Assembly (NCBI GenBank): GCA_013239625.1 | Contig: MU053504.1 | Span: forward strand, 1,862,001 to 1,925,538 | From: Lama guanicoe | Taxonomy: Eukaryota | Direction of reading: 5' to 3' | DNA length: 63,538 bases | Shown: piece by piece, positions 1-14,399 of the stretch | Layout of the letters: every line of letters begins with the position of its first letter | Position numbering within the stretch: position 1 is the stretch's first letter | Program-made: the position numbers and the translations under genes | The notes under the pieces: generated by a model | Database searches by the model: none | Told to the model about the DNA's origin: nothing | Seen by the model: the letters and a program-made list of their open reading frames with translations, nothing else

Positions 1-231
<231 letters not shown>

Positions 232-1689
232 TCAGAAACAACGTAACAAAACTCTAAACTGAAAATGCTTTAATCAGGCAACATGCTTCAAAGTGACTAG
301 AATATCCAAGTGTGGACAGCAAGGATTTCCTTGTCCTCATGTAATGCTTCCACCACCGCAGCCTTCTGGTTATGGCAATGCAGGCACTGGGTAAGTCAAA
401 AGAACAGCCTTCAGGGTGTTTTGCAAAGTTCAACAGAGTAAAATCTGTTGTACCAAACTCAGCTATGTAACACTGTGGAGATAAATAGCAAAGGAAACTC
501 CACAGTCAAAAGCCACTGAGGCAGGAAAACAGCACCAAACATGGACAGTGACTGATTCCCCTGCAGACATCAGTGTCTAGAGCTCTTGGCTTACGGCTTT
601 TCTGGCTCAAGGCAACTGGGGGCCAGAGGGCATCACCTGTCAGTGCCTGTCAGGACATCCCTTTCCTCGCAACCTGGGAAGGGTTACTCTGTATACAAGG
701 GAGAACTCTGTACACAGGAAAGACTGGGAGGAAGGAAGTAGAAGCAAGTGGGCAGGCTTCTATAAATAGATCAGCAGCTCACAGATTTAAGGAGGAACCA
801 TCAATCCATCAATGCTGGTGGGTCAAATAAATAAAGCAATCCCAAGGGTGCAAATAAAACCAGGCAAACTAACAAAAGAGCCATGGACTGAAGCAGGAAT
901 AGTAAAACAGTTTGAACACGGAGAAAGAAAGCAGTCACACTTTCAGATGGAAAGCAGAGGCTCCACTTTACGGCTCCTCAGAAACTAGAGCCATCAGGTC
1001 TCTTTCTAACAAGATAAAACAGTAGGGAATGGGCTGGAGAGGTGCCCAGAGGTGAGAGAGGAGCAAGGAGGGGCAGGGATCACTGAGACAGGAGGCAATG
1101 AAAACACAGTACACAGTGCAACAGACCATAATCTACAAAAACATAAGCCCGGTGAATATGGATCTCAGCTGACTGCACAGCTGGGTGGCCTCATGAAATA
1201 AAGCTCCATGATGGTGGCCTTTTTAAGCCACTCTGGGCTCCACACCTGGAGCTCCACAGACTCAACGTGTTCTAGGGAACACAGGATGGAGCAGCCTCTT
1301 CATGCTGACTGAGAGATAGGAAAGGGCCCCCTCTCATCCTACTGGGAGCCCTGCCCTCAATCACTTGCAGACCATCTGCTCAACAGTGAGAATGTGAAGT
1401 CCCTAAGGGCTTCCTGTGTAGCATGTACTCTACACTAATGTGTAATATCCTGCAAAGAATTAGGATCCAGTAAAAGAAATGATGCAACAGCTACAAAACC
1501 TAATTAAGCATTCTCAGGATCACATAGGACTGATGTTATTACTGTCAGGTAAAAGAAGAAAGCACAAGAGAATTGGATGAACATGAAAATTGTTTTAAAA
1601 GTTTCTTTTAAAAATAAATCCTTCATGTTAGTTTCTTTTCCTCTCATATAATTAGAGATCGAAACGCAGAAGCATAGATCTGGTAATCT

Positions 1690-1875
1690 CAGTTTTCAAC
1701 CTCAGCACTACTGACAGTTTAGACCAGATCACTCTTTGTTGTGGGGAGCTGTCCTGTGTATTCACTGTAGGATGTTTAATAGCATACCTGGCTTTTACTC
1801 ACTCTACCCAGTTGTGACAATAAAAAATGTCTTCAGATATTGGCAAATGTCCGTGGGGGATAAAACTCCACAGAA
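1690..1875 (+). mobile_element. MER20-like hAT-Charlie DNA transposon relic
   Basis: ctcagcactactgac...gtggggagctgtcctgtg...ccagttgtgacaataaaaaatgtcttcagatattggcaaatgtcc resembles the recalled MER20 consensus. Confidence 0.75.
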
Positions 1876-2412
1876 TGATTATTTCAGCATCAGCTGTTTC
1901 CTTTCATGCGTGCCCCAGCTGCTTCACAAGAGCTGTCTCTTGTCCATTTTGATTTGTCTATTCCTGTGTCTTCTGACCCATCTGGCAGGCAAGTTATGAT
2001 GCTAAGTATGTGATACCAGAGATAGCTCCTGGGCATCACCCCACAGCAGCATCAACACACAGTGAGTGTCTCAGAGCAAAGGAAAGGGGAATGTAAGCAG
2101 AAAGCCTGCATTGTAGTCACAGGCATCGTCATGAATTACAGTCACACAGAAAACAATTCCCAAAGATGGAGCAGGACAAAGAGCCTTTGTTCCTAAGCTG
2201 AAGATCCACATGAAGTCTTCCTTACAAGAGTAGCCTGCAGGCGCATCCTAGACTCACAGCTTTAAGTGCTTTCATAGGACAATGGCACATAATATGAACC
2301 TCAGCACACAGACGCAGCAGGCAATTGAGAGGAAAACTAGTACCCTGACAAGAAGATATAAAGCCAAACACTGATGTTTACTTTTTTCCCTCTAAATCTG
2401 ATTTATCTAAGT

Positions 2413-2550
2413 GGGGAGAGTATAGTTCATAGTGGTAGGGCACATGCTTAGTGTGCACAAGGTCCTGGGTCCAATCCCCAGTCCCTTCTCTATAAATAAA
2501 TAAATAAATAAATCTAAGTACTCCCCTCCCCACAAAAAAACAAACAAAAA
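2413..2550 (+). mobile_element. tRNA-derived camelid (Vic-1-type) SINE
   Basis: GGGGAGAGTATAGTTCATAGTGG head, GGTCCTGGGTCCAATCCCCAG B-box region, (TAAA)n and C-rich tail. Flanked by the near-duplicated TAAA(T/G)CTGATTTAT. Confidence 0.85.
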
Positions 2551-2764
2551 CCTAAAGCTGATTTATTCATTAAACTTACTCTGAAAACTATTTGTCACTA
2601 GTCTCTTATCCCGTAGGTGACCAACAGAGCTTAATACAAGAGCAAAGAAGAAACGTTTTTCATGAATACAAAAGCAAACATTTACCGGGGCTTCAGGCTA
2701 TTTTAAATTTGATCATATTTTTCCACAAAAAGACCATGAAATAAGAATCCAAAGGAATAAATCA

Positions 2765-3088
<324 letters not shown>

Positions 3089-4059
3089 TCAGCATCAAGC
3101 ATCCTTACTTGAATTCAAGATCTATATAGTGGAGACAGTCAACAAGGACAGATTATTGAAGCTGTTAATTTAATCAAAAGCGGTTCTTGAGGACAGAAGG
3201 AACCAGAAAATACAGTCCTGCCACAGCTGGTTAAAGATTTGGTAATATTTCCCACTGGAATAGGAACAGGCATCAGAAAAGCACTTACTTCTCAGAGATC
3301 TTTCTCTGAGACCTTTATGAGATCAAATAAAGGAGGTAAAGTGGTTTGAAAAGAACTCAAATAAGTGAAAAGAGGAAAAGTGAATAAAACCACAGACATC
3401 CACCATTTCACAAATATTTATCAGGCCCAAGGCTAGCACTGCGCTCGGTGCTGGAGCTTGTAGTAAACAGGCCTACAAATGGTCCTCATGAAGCTTACAG
3501 TCTAGTGGGGCTGGGTCAGAGACAAAAAGGAAACTAAACAATACTGCCTTCACGACTGCCTTTCTATGCCCCAGGCACATATATTACCTGGTTCCTGGGT
3601 AAGTGAAGGCCCAGAGCTTTGGCTCTGGGCAAGAGGGACATGTCTTAAGGGCAGGAGGCAGCTGTCTGTGTGAGGCTAAGAGGAAGGGGTTGGGGTAGAA
3701 GGAGCTCCAGGAATGGAAATATGGCTGAAGCCTGGGAAACAGGACTGCCAATGGTTATTCAGACCAGTGAAGAGTGAAAAGTAATGGTCACTCAGATCAG
3801 AGGGGCCTAGGGACTATCTGTGGTAGGGGACTTCAAATATGGGATGACTACTTTCTCAGTTAAGATCAAAGCAGCACAGCCTTCTAACCCATCCAACACT
3901 TCAGTGAATGGAGGGATGAAAAAGAATCAAAACCAGGGATGACCTGGCCTACACAAGGCCTGGAGTTGAAAGGTCTATGGAGTTAAAAATAACCAGTGAA
4001 CTGGGCTAGACTAGCCTCACCGTGTCCTCTTCTAAGGGTTCCAGACATATAAACTGTCA

Positions 4060-4815
4060 CAAAAACTGCTAACATTAAAAAGACTTACCATGTAAAAGTA
4101 AAGGCAAAAGATACTATATGTAAGCACTGTGCTCTAGTTGACAAAGTTGTTTCTCACAGGGGTATTATGGGTTAACAAATATGATACTAATATACACATA
4201 TACTGGAATCGAACAAGTAAGTGGATGGTGGATGGTAGGTGACAAGTTTCTCACTGGTGGAATGGGAGTTTATAGATATGCAAGAAGAGGAGGCTAGAAT
4301 AATCCATGTGGTAATGGGTTAGAGCTGGAAACACATACAAATTCATGGCTAGCTTAATATAGATACAAATGGTTATGTAACATTTATAGATGTGTGTATA
4401 TTCACCAGTTAATGTTCACGCGTTATTTCCTTACTTTGTCAGCTTAGAGGGCCAAAAGCAATGACATCTCAATAGCAGAGAGTATACCCAGCACACAGAT
4501 CTTGGTTTTTGATACCATTCTTCAATTAAAAAAAAAAACCAAAAAAAACCCCCCAAAACAGGGCTCCTTAGAAAAATGGCTGATTCTAGGACTGGAGTAG
4601 GAAATATACAAAAATAAGACTGAGGTACCTTACAGTGTCAGAAAGTACAGAAGTCCTAAACAAACTAAAGCTTTTATGAGGATACGTCAAAGGGAGGGAC
4701 ATAGGAGCCAGATGAAAGCTCTCCAAATGGTCAAAGCTGGAACAATTTGAAATGGTAGTGAATTTTAACCCAAAATATAAAATAAATATATATGAGTCCT
4801 TAGTGATCCAAAATA
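4060..4815 (+). mobile_element. Old L1 (L1MC-like) 3' region fragment
   Basis: Contains gggctccttagaaaaatggctgattctaggactgg; similar to segments near 31100-31330. Confidence 0.65.
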
Positions 4816-5179
4816 AATGAACAAGAAACTGGTTCACTTCTGGGAAGAAAATCAGACTTAAACAACTTTTATGACTCAATACTACGAATGTAAGTGAAAA
4901 TGAGATAGAGAAGGAGATCAATCTGATATTAAGAAAAACCTCCAAGATATACCGTCAAGTAAAACTTTTAAGTTAACAACAGTATACATAAAATGTTCCC
5001 TTTTGTGTTTTAAAAAAATACAGTTGGCAATGTTATATCTAGGGAGTGAGACTGGGTGTCTGGGATGGTTAGAAAGCTTCATTCATTATTATTTGTGGAC
5101 TGTCTTAATTTTTAAATTATATCATATGTTTTCATAACAAAAAAAAAGTTAAAGAATAAAGAAATGCCCAATTCCGCCA

Positions 5180-5320
5180 CCCTATGGCCCTGGGCAAGTC
5201 TGTTTTATCTCCCAGAGTCTCAGTTTCCTCCTCCGTAAAAAAAAGACAACACTGCTCCCTTGTAAGGTCACTGTGAGGAGAAGTGAGATAACATGTCCCA
5301 AATGCCTGCTCTGTGGTAGG
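5180..5320 (+). mobile_element. MIR SINE fragment
   Basis: ctgggcaagt...tctcagtttcctcctccgtaaaa...gtgaggagaagtgagataa MIR core pattern. Confidence 0.65.
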
Positions 5321-5498
5321 GGTTTCCTATCTCACTGAGATCTCACTGAGATCTCACTGAGGTCATCTGACCTCATTAAACAGCAACAGATTTCAGGGGA
5401 ATAAGAACTAGGAGAAGGAGACTAACTTGGAGCTTATCTCACAGTGATACTATTATTATCTTCCCATGAACAGAAGCCAAGTTCCCCCATCCTTGTTA

Positions 5499-5735
<237 letters not shown>

Positions 5736-6639
5736 CTATTTTTGGAAGAGATTATGCAAAACTGATCTGAAGACAAAGTCTGAACTCCTGATTACAAACT
5801 CGACGGTCAGTGGCTCTCTGCCTCAACAAAGGATGGAGCCAAAGGCCCTCTCACAATCAATGCTGACAGGACTGGGGCTCAGCAGCTCACCAGAAGGACC
5901 TCCAATGACTTCTCATTTTTGAAGATTATGTAAGAAGAGTTCCCATACTGATTTACCCTAACTGTGGTCCTCACTGGTCTGTCAAAAACAAAACAAAGAC
6001 CAAACAGATAAAAACCAAAAACTGGTCTAAAGACCTAAACAGAGCTATGACTCATCATCACAACTGGCCCCACAGAGAGTGTCAACAGATGGTACTTGCT
6101 CCCATTTCTATGCAGATCTCGAATTCCCTTGGTCTTGGGATATGCCCTTCCTCTCAAATAAAGCAAAAGGAGAGGCACTCCTAGACACTAATATCACTTC
6201 TAAGGACCCCATGCTCTCCATATCAATCTCTTTTCCTTCTGAGCAGTCCCAGAGAGAAGTGCTCACTTTCCTGCTTGAGACTGATCCTTCCACTGGGTCT
6301 GTCCCCATCACCTCCAGGTCCAGGATCTGTCTCTACTATTCATTCCCTAACACTCCTATAGTTAATCTTTTCCCCCTACAATCAATATATTCCCAGCCCT
6401 AAGATCCTTCACAAACCAACTACAGTAACTGTTCCATTCATAATAATCAGACTTCATCCTCACCCTCCCTGTTCTGATAAAGTGCCCTCACCCAAGCAAC
6501 AGTATTTCCAGCCAAACAACATCATCTCCCTTCCTTGGGTTCCTTCCCTGCCCCAGATCCTTACTGATGTTCCAACACCCCAAGTCCAAGACTTAATAGT
6601 CAATTACCACTGTCTCCCCTGAAGATGTTCACAATCTTC

Positions 6640-8430
6640 TACCCAATACCAAAATCAGACAAAGACAGTTCCAAAAAACCCCCCAAAACCTAGAGATCAA
6701 TATTAATCATGAATACAGATGTAACAACCCTCAATAAAATATTAGCAAATAGAATTCAACAACATATAAAAAGAATTATACACCACGACCAAGAGGCATG
6801 CAAGGCTGGTTCATTGTTGGTAAACCAATCAATATAATCCATCATTTTATAGGCTAAAGAAAAAAAATTACATAACCACATAATTGATGCAGAAAAATCA
6901 TCTGACAAAATCCAATACCTATTCTCAATAAAAACACTCAGAAAACTAGAAATCAATTGAGTTTCCTCAACTTGGTAAAGAACATCTACAAAAAAATATC
7001 TGAAGCAAAGTCTGGGATGTACTTAATGGTGAAAGACTAAATGAGAAACAAGAAAAAGATGTTTGCTCTCATCACTCCTATTCAACGTAATAGTAGACAT
7101 TCTAGCCAATGCAATAAGGTAAAAAAGAAAACAAAAGGCATAAAGATAGAAAAGGAAAATAAAACTATCCCTATTTGCAGATGACATAATGACCTATGTA
7201 GGGGCTCTCACAGAATCTACAAAAAAAAAATCCTATAATTAATAAGTGAATTCCATGAAACTGCAAAAGCAACATATAAAAGCCAATTGTATAAAAGCAA
7301 TTAACACACAGAAACCCAATTAAAAATATATCATTTAAATATAAATCTAATAAAACATGCATAGGACTTACATGCTAAAAACTACAAAACACTGATAAAG
7401 GAAATCAAATAAGATCTAAGTAAATGGAGAGACATATCATATTCATAGACTGGAAGACAACATAGTATAGATGTCAATTCTCCGCAAATTGACGTATAAG
7501 TTTAACACAATTCCTACCAAAATCCCAGCAAGATTTTTTGTATATATAGACGAGATTACTCTAAAATTTATATGGAACGGCAAAGGAACTAGAATAGCTA
7601 AAAAAGTTTTCAAAGAATAAAGTGGGAGGAATCATTCCATCTGACGTCAAGACTTACTATATAGCTAAAGTAATCAAGACTGAATGATACTGGCTGAGCG
7701 ACAGACACGTAGATCAATGGAATGGAATAGAATAGCTAGAAACAGGCTCACACAAATACAACCAATTAATTTGACAAAGGTTGGAAAGCAATAGTCTTTT
7801 CCATGGAGGAATAATGTCTTTTCAATAAATGGTGTTGGAGCAAATGGATTCCACAGACAAAAACATGAACCTCAACCTAAACCTTACACAAAAATTAACT
7901 CAAAATAGATAACAGATTCAAAAATTTAAATGTAAAACTATAAAATCTTTAGAAGAAAATAGAAAATACTCAGGACTTAGGGTCTGATGAAGTTGTTAAA
8001 CTTGATACCAAGAGTATGATCCATTGAAAATTTGATAAAAATTTGATTAACATCAACATTTTAAACTTTTGCTTTGTGAAAGACCTTGTTGAGAGAATGA
8101 AAAGATAAGCTATAGATTGGGAAAATATATTTGCAAATCACTTATCTGACAAAGTAAAATACATTAAAAACTCTCAAAACTAAACAGTAAAAAAAAGAAA
8201 AATCCAATTAGTAAGTAGGCAAAAGGCATGAAGAAACATTTTTTTCAAAGTAGATATAGAGATGGCAGATAAGCACATGAAAACTAGTTTAACATCATTA
8301 TCCATTAGGGAAACATAAATTAAAACCACAATGAGATATTACTATACATCTATTAGAAAAACTAAAATAACAGTGATGATACCAAAATGCTGGTGAGGAT
8401 TCAGAAAAACTGAATCATTCATATATTTCT
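6640..8430 (+). mobile_element. Decayed L1 ORF2 fragment (RT to C-terminal region)
   Basis: A-rich L1 ORF2 DNA including ctatttgcagatgacataat (LFADD motif) near 7171-7190; many stops and frameshifts. Confidence 0.9.
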
Positions 8431-10112
8431 GAAATAAATTAAACAAGATACCAATAATGGAAATACATTCACAATCATGCCCTGGAAGACTTAATACTGG
8501 TAAGCTGTTAGTATTACACAAAGCAATCTACAGATTCAATGCAATTTCTATCCAATAATTTTTTTTTAGAAATAGAAAAATCCATTCTAAAATTCTTATG
8601 AAATCTCAAGGGACCCAAAATAAATAAAATATTGAAAAAGAAGGATCAAGCTGGAGGACATACTTCCTGATTTCAAAAGGTATTACAAAGCTATAGTCAT
8701 CATAACAGTTTGGTATTGGCATAAAGATACACATATAGACAAATGCAATAGAATAAACTCTTTTTGTGACTGGCTTATTTCACTTACTATAATGTTCTTC
8801 TGGTCAAATGATTTTTGACAAGGGTACCAAGATTATTTACTGAGAAAGGAGAGTTTTTTTCAACAAATGGTTTTGGGAAAACTGTATAGCCACATGTAAA
8901 AAAAAAAAAATTGGACTCTTACTTTACACCATACACAAAATTTAACTCAAAACAGAATAATGACTCACATAAACCTAAAATGTAAACCTAAAACTATAAA
9001 AATTTTTAGAAGGAAACAATAGGGAAAATCTTCATGACATTGGATTTGGTATGACACCAAAAGCACAGACAACAAATGAAAAAATACATAAGTTAGATGT
9101 CATCAAAATTAAAAATTTATGTTCATAAAAGTATAAAACAGAGTGAAAAGACAACCCACAGAATGGAAGGAAACATCTGCAAGTTACATATCTGATAAGA
9201 GGCTAATATCCAGGATATATAAAGAACTCCTACAACTCAACAACAACAAAAAACTCAGAATGGACAAAGGACTTGAAAGGACTTTGAATCTCCAAAGGAG
9301 ATACACAAAAGGCCAATAAGCACACAAAAAGATGCTCAATATCACTAATCATCAAGGAAATGCAAATCCAAACCATAAAGAGATATAACTGCCATACAAA
9401 TTTAAATAGTTAATATCAAAAAAGCAGAAAATATAAAATGTTAGCAAGGATGAAGAGAAACTGGAACCTTTACACACCATTAGTGGGAATGTACAATAGT
9501 GCAGTTGCTGTGGAAAACAGCATGGTGGGTCCTTAAAAAGTTAAATATTAAATTACCATATGATTCAGTAATTCCACTTTCTGGATATGCAGTCCTAAGA
9601 AATGAAAACAAGGATTCAAAGAGGTACTTGTACACCCATGTTTACAGTAGCATTACTTGAAATAGTTAAAAGGTAGAAGCAACCCAAGTGTCTACGGACA
9701 CAGACAGGCTTGATACATACATACAATACAATATCGTTCTATCTTAAAAAGGATAGAAATTCTGACACACGCTAAAAAAAAACAGATGAAGCTTAAAGAC
9801 AATACAGTAAGTGAAACAGGTCAGTCACAAAAGGACAAATATTGTATGATTCCATTTTTATGAGGTACCTACAATAGTCAAATTTACAAAGACAGAACAC
9901 AGACTGGTGGTTACCGGGGGCCGGGGGGAAGGAGTGGAGAGTTACAGTCTAATAGGTACCAGAATTTCAGTTTTACAAGATGAAGAGTTCTGTGGATGAG
10001 TAGTGGTGATCATAGCACAACAATGTAAATATGCTTAAGGCCACTAAACTGTACACTTAAAAATGGTTAAGATGGTAAATTTTACGTGTACTTTATCACA
10101 ATTAAAAAAAAA
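8431..10112 (+). mobile_element. Second L1 (L1MB-like): ORF2 3' part, 3' UTR and A tail
   Basis: Repeats the ORF2 section seen at about 7400-8420 in diverged form, then an L1MB-type 3' UTR ending ...ctttatcacaattaaaaaaaaa. Confidence 0.85.
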
Positions 10113-10116
10113 TTTA

Positions 10117-10250
10117 GGGGGAGGGTATATAGTTCAGCAGAAGAGCGTGTGCTTAGCATGTACAAGGTCCTGGGTTTAATCCCCAGTACCTCCTTTAAAA
10201 CTAAATAAAATAAAATAAAATTATTACCCCCAAAAAGTAAATAATTTTTT
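10117..10250 (+). mobile_element. Vic-1-type SINE inserted in the L1 A tail
   Basis: GGGGGAGGGTATATAGTTCAG...GGTCCTGGGTTTAATCCCCAGTACCTCC, then (TAAAA)n. Confidence 0.85.
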
Positions 10251-12791
10251 AAAAAATTCAGTTAAAAGAAGCCAATGCCGTGTAAAACTAAAAGAACGAG
10301 AGGGAGAACTTTTCTTATGTAAAAGAAGTTGAAGAATAAGAAAACAGTGCAAAGCACGAACCTTAATTTTATTTAAACAAACCAAAAAAAAAAAAACCTG
10401 GGAAACATCTATGAGACAGCTGAGAAAATCTGAATATGCCCTGGATAATAGATGGTAATATGGAATTACTGTTAATTTTCTTAGGTGAGATAATGTTATG
10501 GTGGTTACATACTAGAATGTCCTTTTTCTTAGCAGACGCATGAGGAAGTACTTAGGGGTGAAGTGTCATGATGTCTGCAACTTGAAAAAGATTTAACAGG
10601 AAAGAATAAAAAGAAAAAAAAATAAAGACAATGCACATACGGCAAAAAGTTAAAAATTGCTGAATCTAAGTGGTGAGTGTAACGTATTCATTGTACTAGT
10701 CTTTTCTGCATTGTTTGGACATTTTCATAATAAAAATCTGAGGGACATGTGGAGTAACTTAGGGTTTTAGAAGTGGCAGAATAGAAACTGGAAGATGATC
10801 AAGATTAAAGTAAGAAAAAACTTCTTTCCCTGGGAAATGGTTACCTGTCCCTCCCCACTTCCTCATGTTTAATGTAAGATTCATCTTGCAATCATTCTCT
10901 ACGCTAGAAATAATTCATCAAGCTGGCCCTTTGGTCCATTTTCCAACCCATGTGGACAGAAGGCTGGCTGACTGCCAAGGTTACCAAGGGCTCTCTGGTT
11001 TTCAAACTTACAGCCAGCCAGTGACAAAAGCATTAATAGGTCATGTGACCAGGAAACAAACAGCTCCCCAACTACTGCTATGGAAAGCTAAGATAATACT
11101 GAAGACAGAAGCAAAAAGACTTTCTTTTCTACAAGTATCTTGGCCAAATAAAGTGGAAACATATAAAATGGAGAAAAACCTTCCTCTTCCCAGAGTAAAA
11201 CATTATCACCATATCTCTTTTCTTGTCAAATGGATAAAATTAAATTCAGTTCTCTTTTCCTTCAAACATTTTCTTGCTTACCGAATTTAATTTTTAACCA
11301 GAACATAGTCTATTATTTGCCAGTGAACCATTAAACTTGTCACTTACTAAAATATTTACCTATTTAAAAACACCTGGTAAGTATAAAGAAAACCACAATC
11401 ACTCATATTCCCAGCACCCAAAATTAACCACTATTAACATTCTGGCATGTTTGCTTTTATCTACATTACTGTCTTTTTGAATTACATAAAGTACTAATAT
11501 ATTACTTTTTGATTAAAAAATGGAATATTATACATACCCATAGGTCACTATTATGGGTATGTAGTATATCCATCCAGTCTTTTTCTCTTTTTTTTCAATA
11601 GAAACTTTCAAACATAAAACAAGCCCAGCAATAGCTCTGCCCCCTTGCTGCCAGGCCTACCTGAGCACTGCTGGCACATCCTGGGCAGATGGTCTGTGGT
11701 CATCCACAAATTTACAGAGTTCCTCCTTCAGAGTACCTACTGACTCAGCAAACTCAACAGCGCAGTTTATGTTCACTATGCTATTATACACTATACTATC
11801 TATGCTTCTCACTTTCCTTGGATTCAGGCTCAGAATCTAGACATGATAGATGACAAGAAGGAAACAAGACCCAGACAGAAGCAGTTTGCCCAAGATCACA
11901 AGGCTGAGTAAAGATTAACAGCACCAGAACCAGAATGACCAGATACCCTGACTCCAAACTTTTTCTTTCTGATATACCTCACTGATTTCCTGACAATAAT
12001 GTCAGCCACAGATACAGTATTTTTGAATTCTAAACAATCAAATCTGTTTTCCCCAGCTTCCATTTTATACATAATAGTTAATGCACTGCTCACTGCTTAT
12101 ATATTACTGTATACATAGCCAAGTATATTTTCCTCCATAATTTATGCTAACTCTTTGATTTTCAAAATTAAACAATTAAACCATGAATATATTCTCCTTA
12201 TACTTTATATGCTTTGTGTTTTGACTGTTTTACAAAGTGAATCCTCATAACAGTCTGGTTCACTTTATCTTATAAAACTGCTGTGAACAATTCGGTGTGA
12301 ATTCTCAGTAATATTTAGTCTGGGTGAGTTTTTGGGGGGGAGAGTTGTTTTCACATAAAATTATATAATGAGATATGTAACTGCTCTGCTACATGCTTTT
12401 TTCACTTAACACTGTACCTTAAGATCTTTCTAAGTTAGTATATAGAACACCACATCATTTTTAAAACTGCTGTACTATATTCTTTTGTTTTGATTTAACC
12501 AGACGCTATGATTCAACATTCAGGATTTGATCATTTTTGCTAATAGCAAATAATACTTTAGTGAGCAACCTTATATATCCATCTTTGCATAAGGACTAAG
12601 GTTCCCTCAAGGTAGCGACTAGCACTGTCAGGTTAAGAGGTATCTACATTTAAAATTTTGATAGATCTTGCCAAATTGTTTTCTTAAAACATTCACCTAC
12701 AATATACCAGAGTACCTGTTTCTCCGTAACTTCTAAACTATGTGTTAACACTCTTCAACTTATGTTAATCTAAAGAATTTTCATTGTTATA

Positions 12792-13136
12792 CAGTTATCC
12801 CTCGGTATCCATAGAGGACTGGTTCCAGGACCCCTCCTTGGATATTGAAATTCACAGATGCTCGGGTCCCACATGTAAAATGATGTGGTATTTGTACACA
12901 ATCTATGTACATTCTCCAGTATACTTTAAATCATCTCTAGATTACTTATAATACCTAATACAATATAAAGGCTATGTAAACAGTTGTAAATAAAATGTAA
13001 ATGCTATGTCAATAGTTGCTTATGTGTGGCAAATTCAAATTTTACTTTTTGGAACTTCCTCTAACTTAAAACATTTTTTAAAATTTGGTTGGTTAGATCC
13101 ATGGATGTAGAATCTGTGGATATAAAGCCCTGACTG
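12792..13136 (+). mobile_element. MER2-like TcMar-Tigger MITE
   Basis: TA-flanked element with CAGTTATCCCTCGGTATCC...GACTG termini; internal match to recalled MER2 (aaatcatctctagattacttataatacctaatac). Confidence 0.85.
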
Positions 13137-14195
13137 TATTACTGCTTTATTCAGGATTTTTGCATCTTAGTTGCATCTTAGTTCTCCTTTGTACTTTCCT
13201 AGTCAAATACCAGGATTATGCCAGCATCAGAGAACACGTGGGAAAGCTTTCTGAGGTATATACTTCACTCAGCATGCTTTTCATTTTTATCTCCCCTAGT
13301 AACATACACTGTGCCCTTTCTTGACCACAGTATCCAATTGTGACTTACCCAGGAGCAAGCCAGGCCAACTGAAGTCCTTTCCAGGGATTTCCTGTTTCAA
13401 AGGTAGCAGAGAAAAGGCCTCTAGGGTCAGGGTGCAGGAAGAATGTGGATTTGGGGTTGTATGGATAGAGATTCTTCTTACAGCAGAGTCTTGGTTCTAG
13501 TTTTGAGGCCCTCGTTCCTGCAGCTCTTCCTACAAGACTATTCCTTCCAACCAAGTAAGCCAATATATTCATTCCCTTTTTTACTTTAATCTTTTGAGTT
13601 GGGTTTCTGTCACTGGCAACAGAAAGCATTCTTCTTATTACAAAATCAATCCTAGGAAATGTTTAGGGTTGAATCATACCAGTGTCTACAACTTAACTCT
13701 GAAAGGCATTAAAATATAGGAGGGATTGATGGATGGATAGCAGGATAACTATATAATAAGGCAAAGAGAGCAAATATACTAAGCCCAGAATCTAGGTATG
13801 AATTTACATGAATGTCCACTGAATAATTCTTTCAACCTTTCTGTACTTATAAACAGTCTCTTAATAAAATATTGGAGGAAAAATCAACAGTAGAAGTAAT
13901 ACAAGCCATATCTACATTAATTCAGACTTTAGGTACTAACTGAAAGGAGCTACTGTAGGACTACTAAGGGTTTAAGAAACCTGTCCCTGCACTAAAGTGG
14001 TAATTATTTATCCCCTTTGTAAAACAGACATAAAAGAAAGGCAAGAAGGCAGGACGCATCTCAAGTCAATAAACATGTCCCACTGACGTCCTTCCTGGAG
14101 AAACAAATTGCAATGGAAAAGGCAAAGTCAGCATTAAAGCTGCCATGGCCAATACATGGTTAAACAGTGACCATAGAATGACTCAAACTGAAGGG

Positions 14196-14221
14196 ACACA
14201 CACACACACACACACACACAC
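14196..14221. repeat. (AC)13 microsatellite
   Basis: Read directly. Confidence 0.95.
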
Positions 14222-14399
14222 GACTTAGAAGCGTGTGTTGGCATGGTTTTGCCTATTCGATGACTTGAATATCCTCCCAGTATGTTCATGTAGCTCACCA
14301 GAGCTGTTAGTAGTCCTAAGCAATGTAACTTTCATTCCACACAGTTACCTCCCTGTGATAGAGACAATTGCTTAATCTATATACATTCTTGCCTTCTTT

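Noticed and set aside
7400..9480. Apparent tandem duplication of about 1 kb
   Set aside because: The two halves are strongly diverged versions of the same L1 ORF2 region, best explained as two independent L1 insertions.
10865..11290. 141-aa ATG-initiated ORF antisense to DNAAF9 intron 1
   Set aside because: No recognisable domain, promoter or splice support; length is within chance for a 63-kb window.
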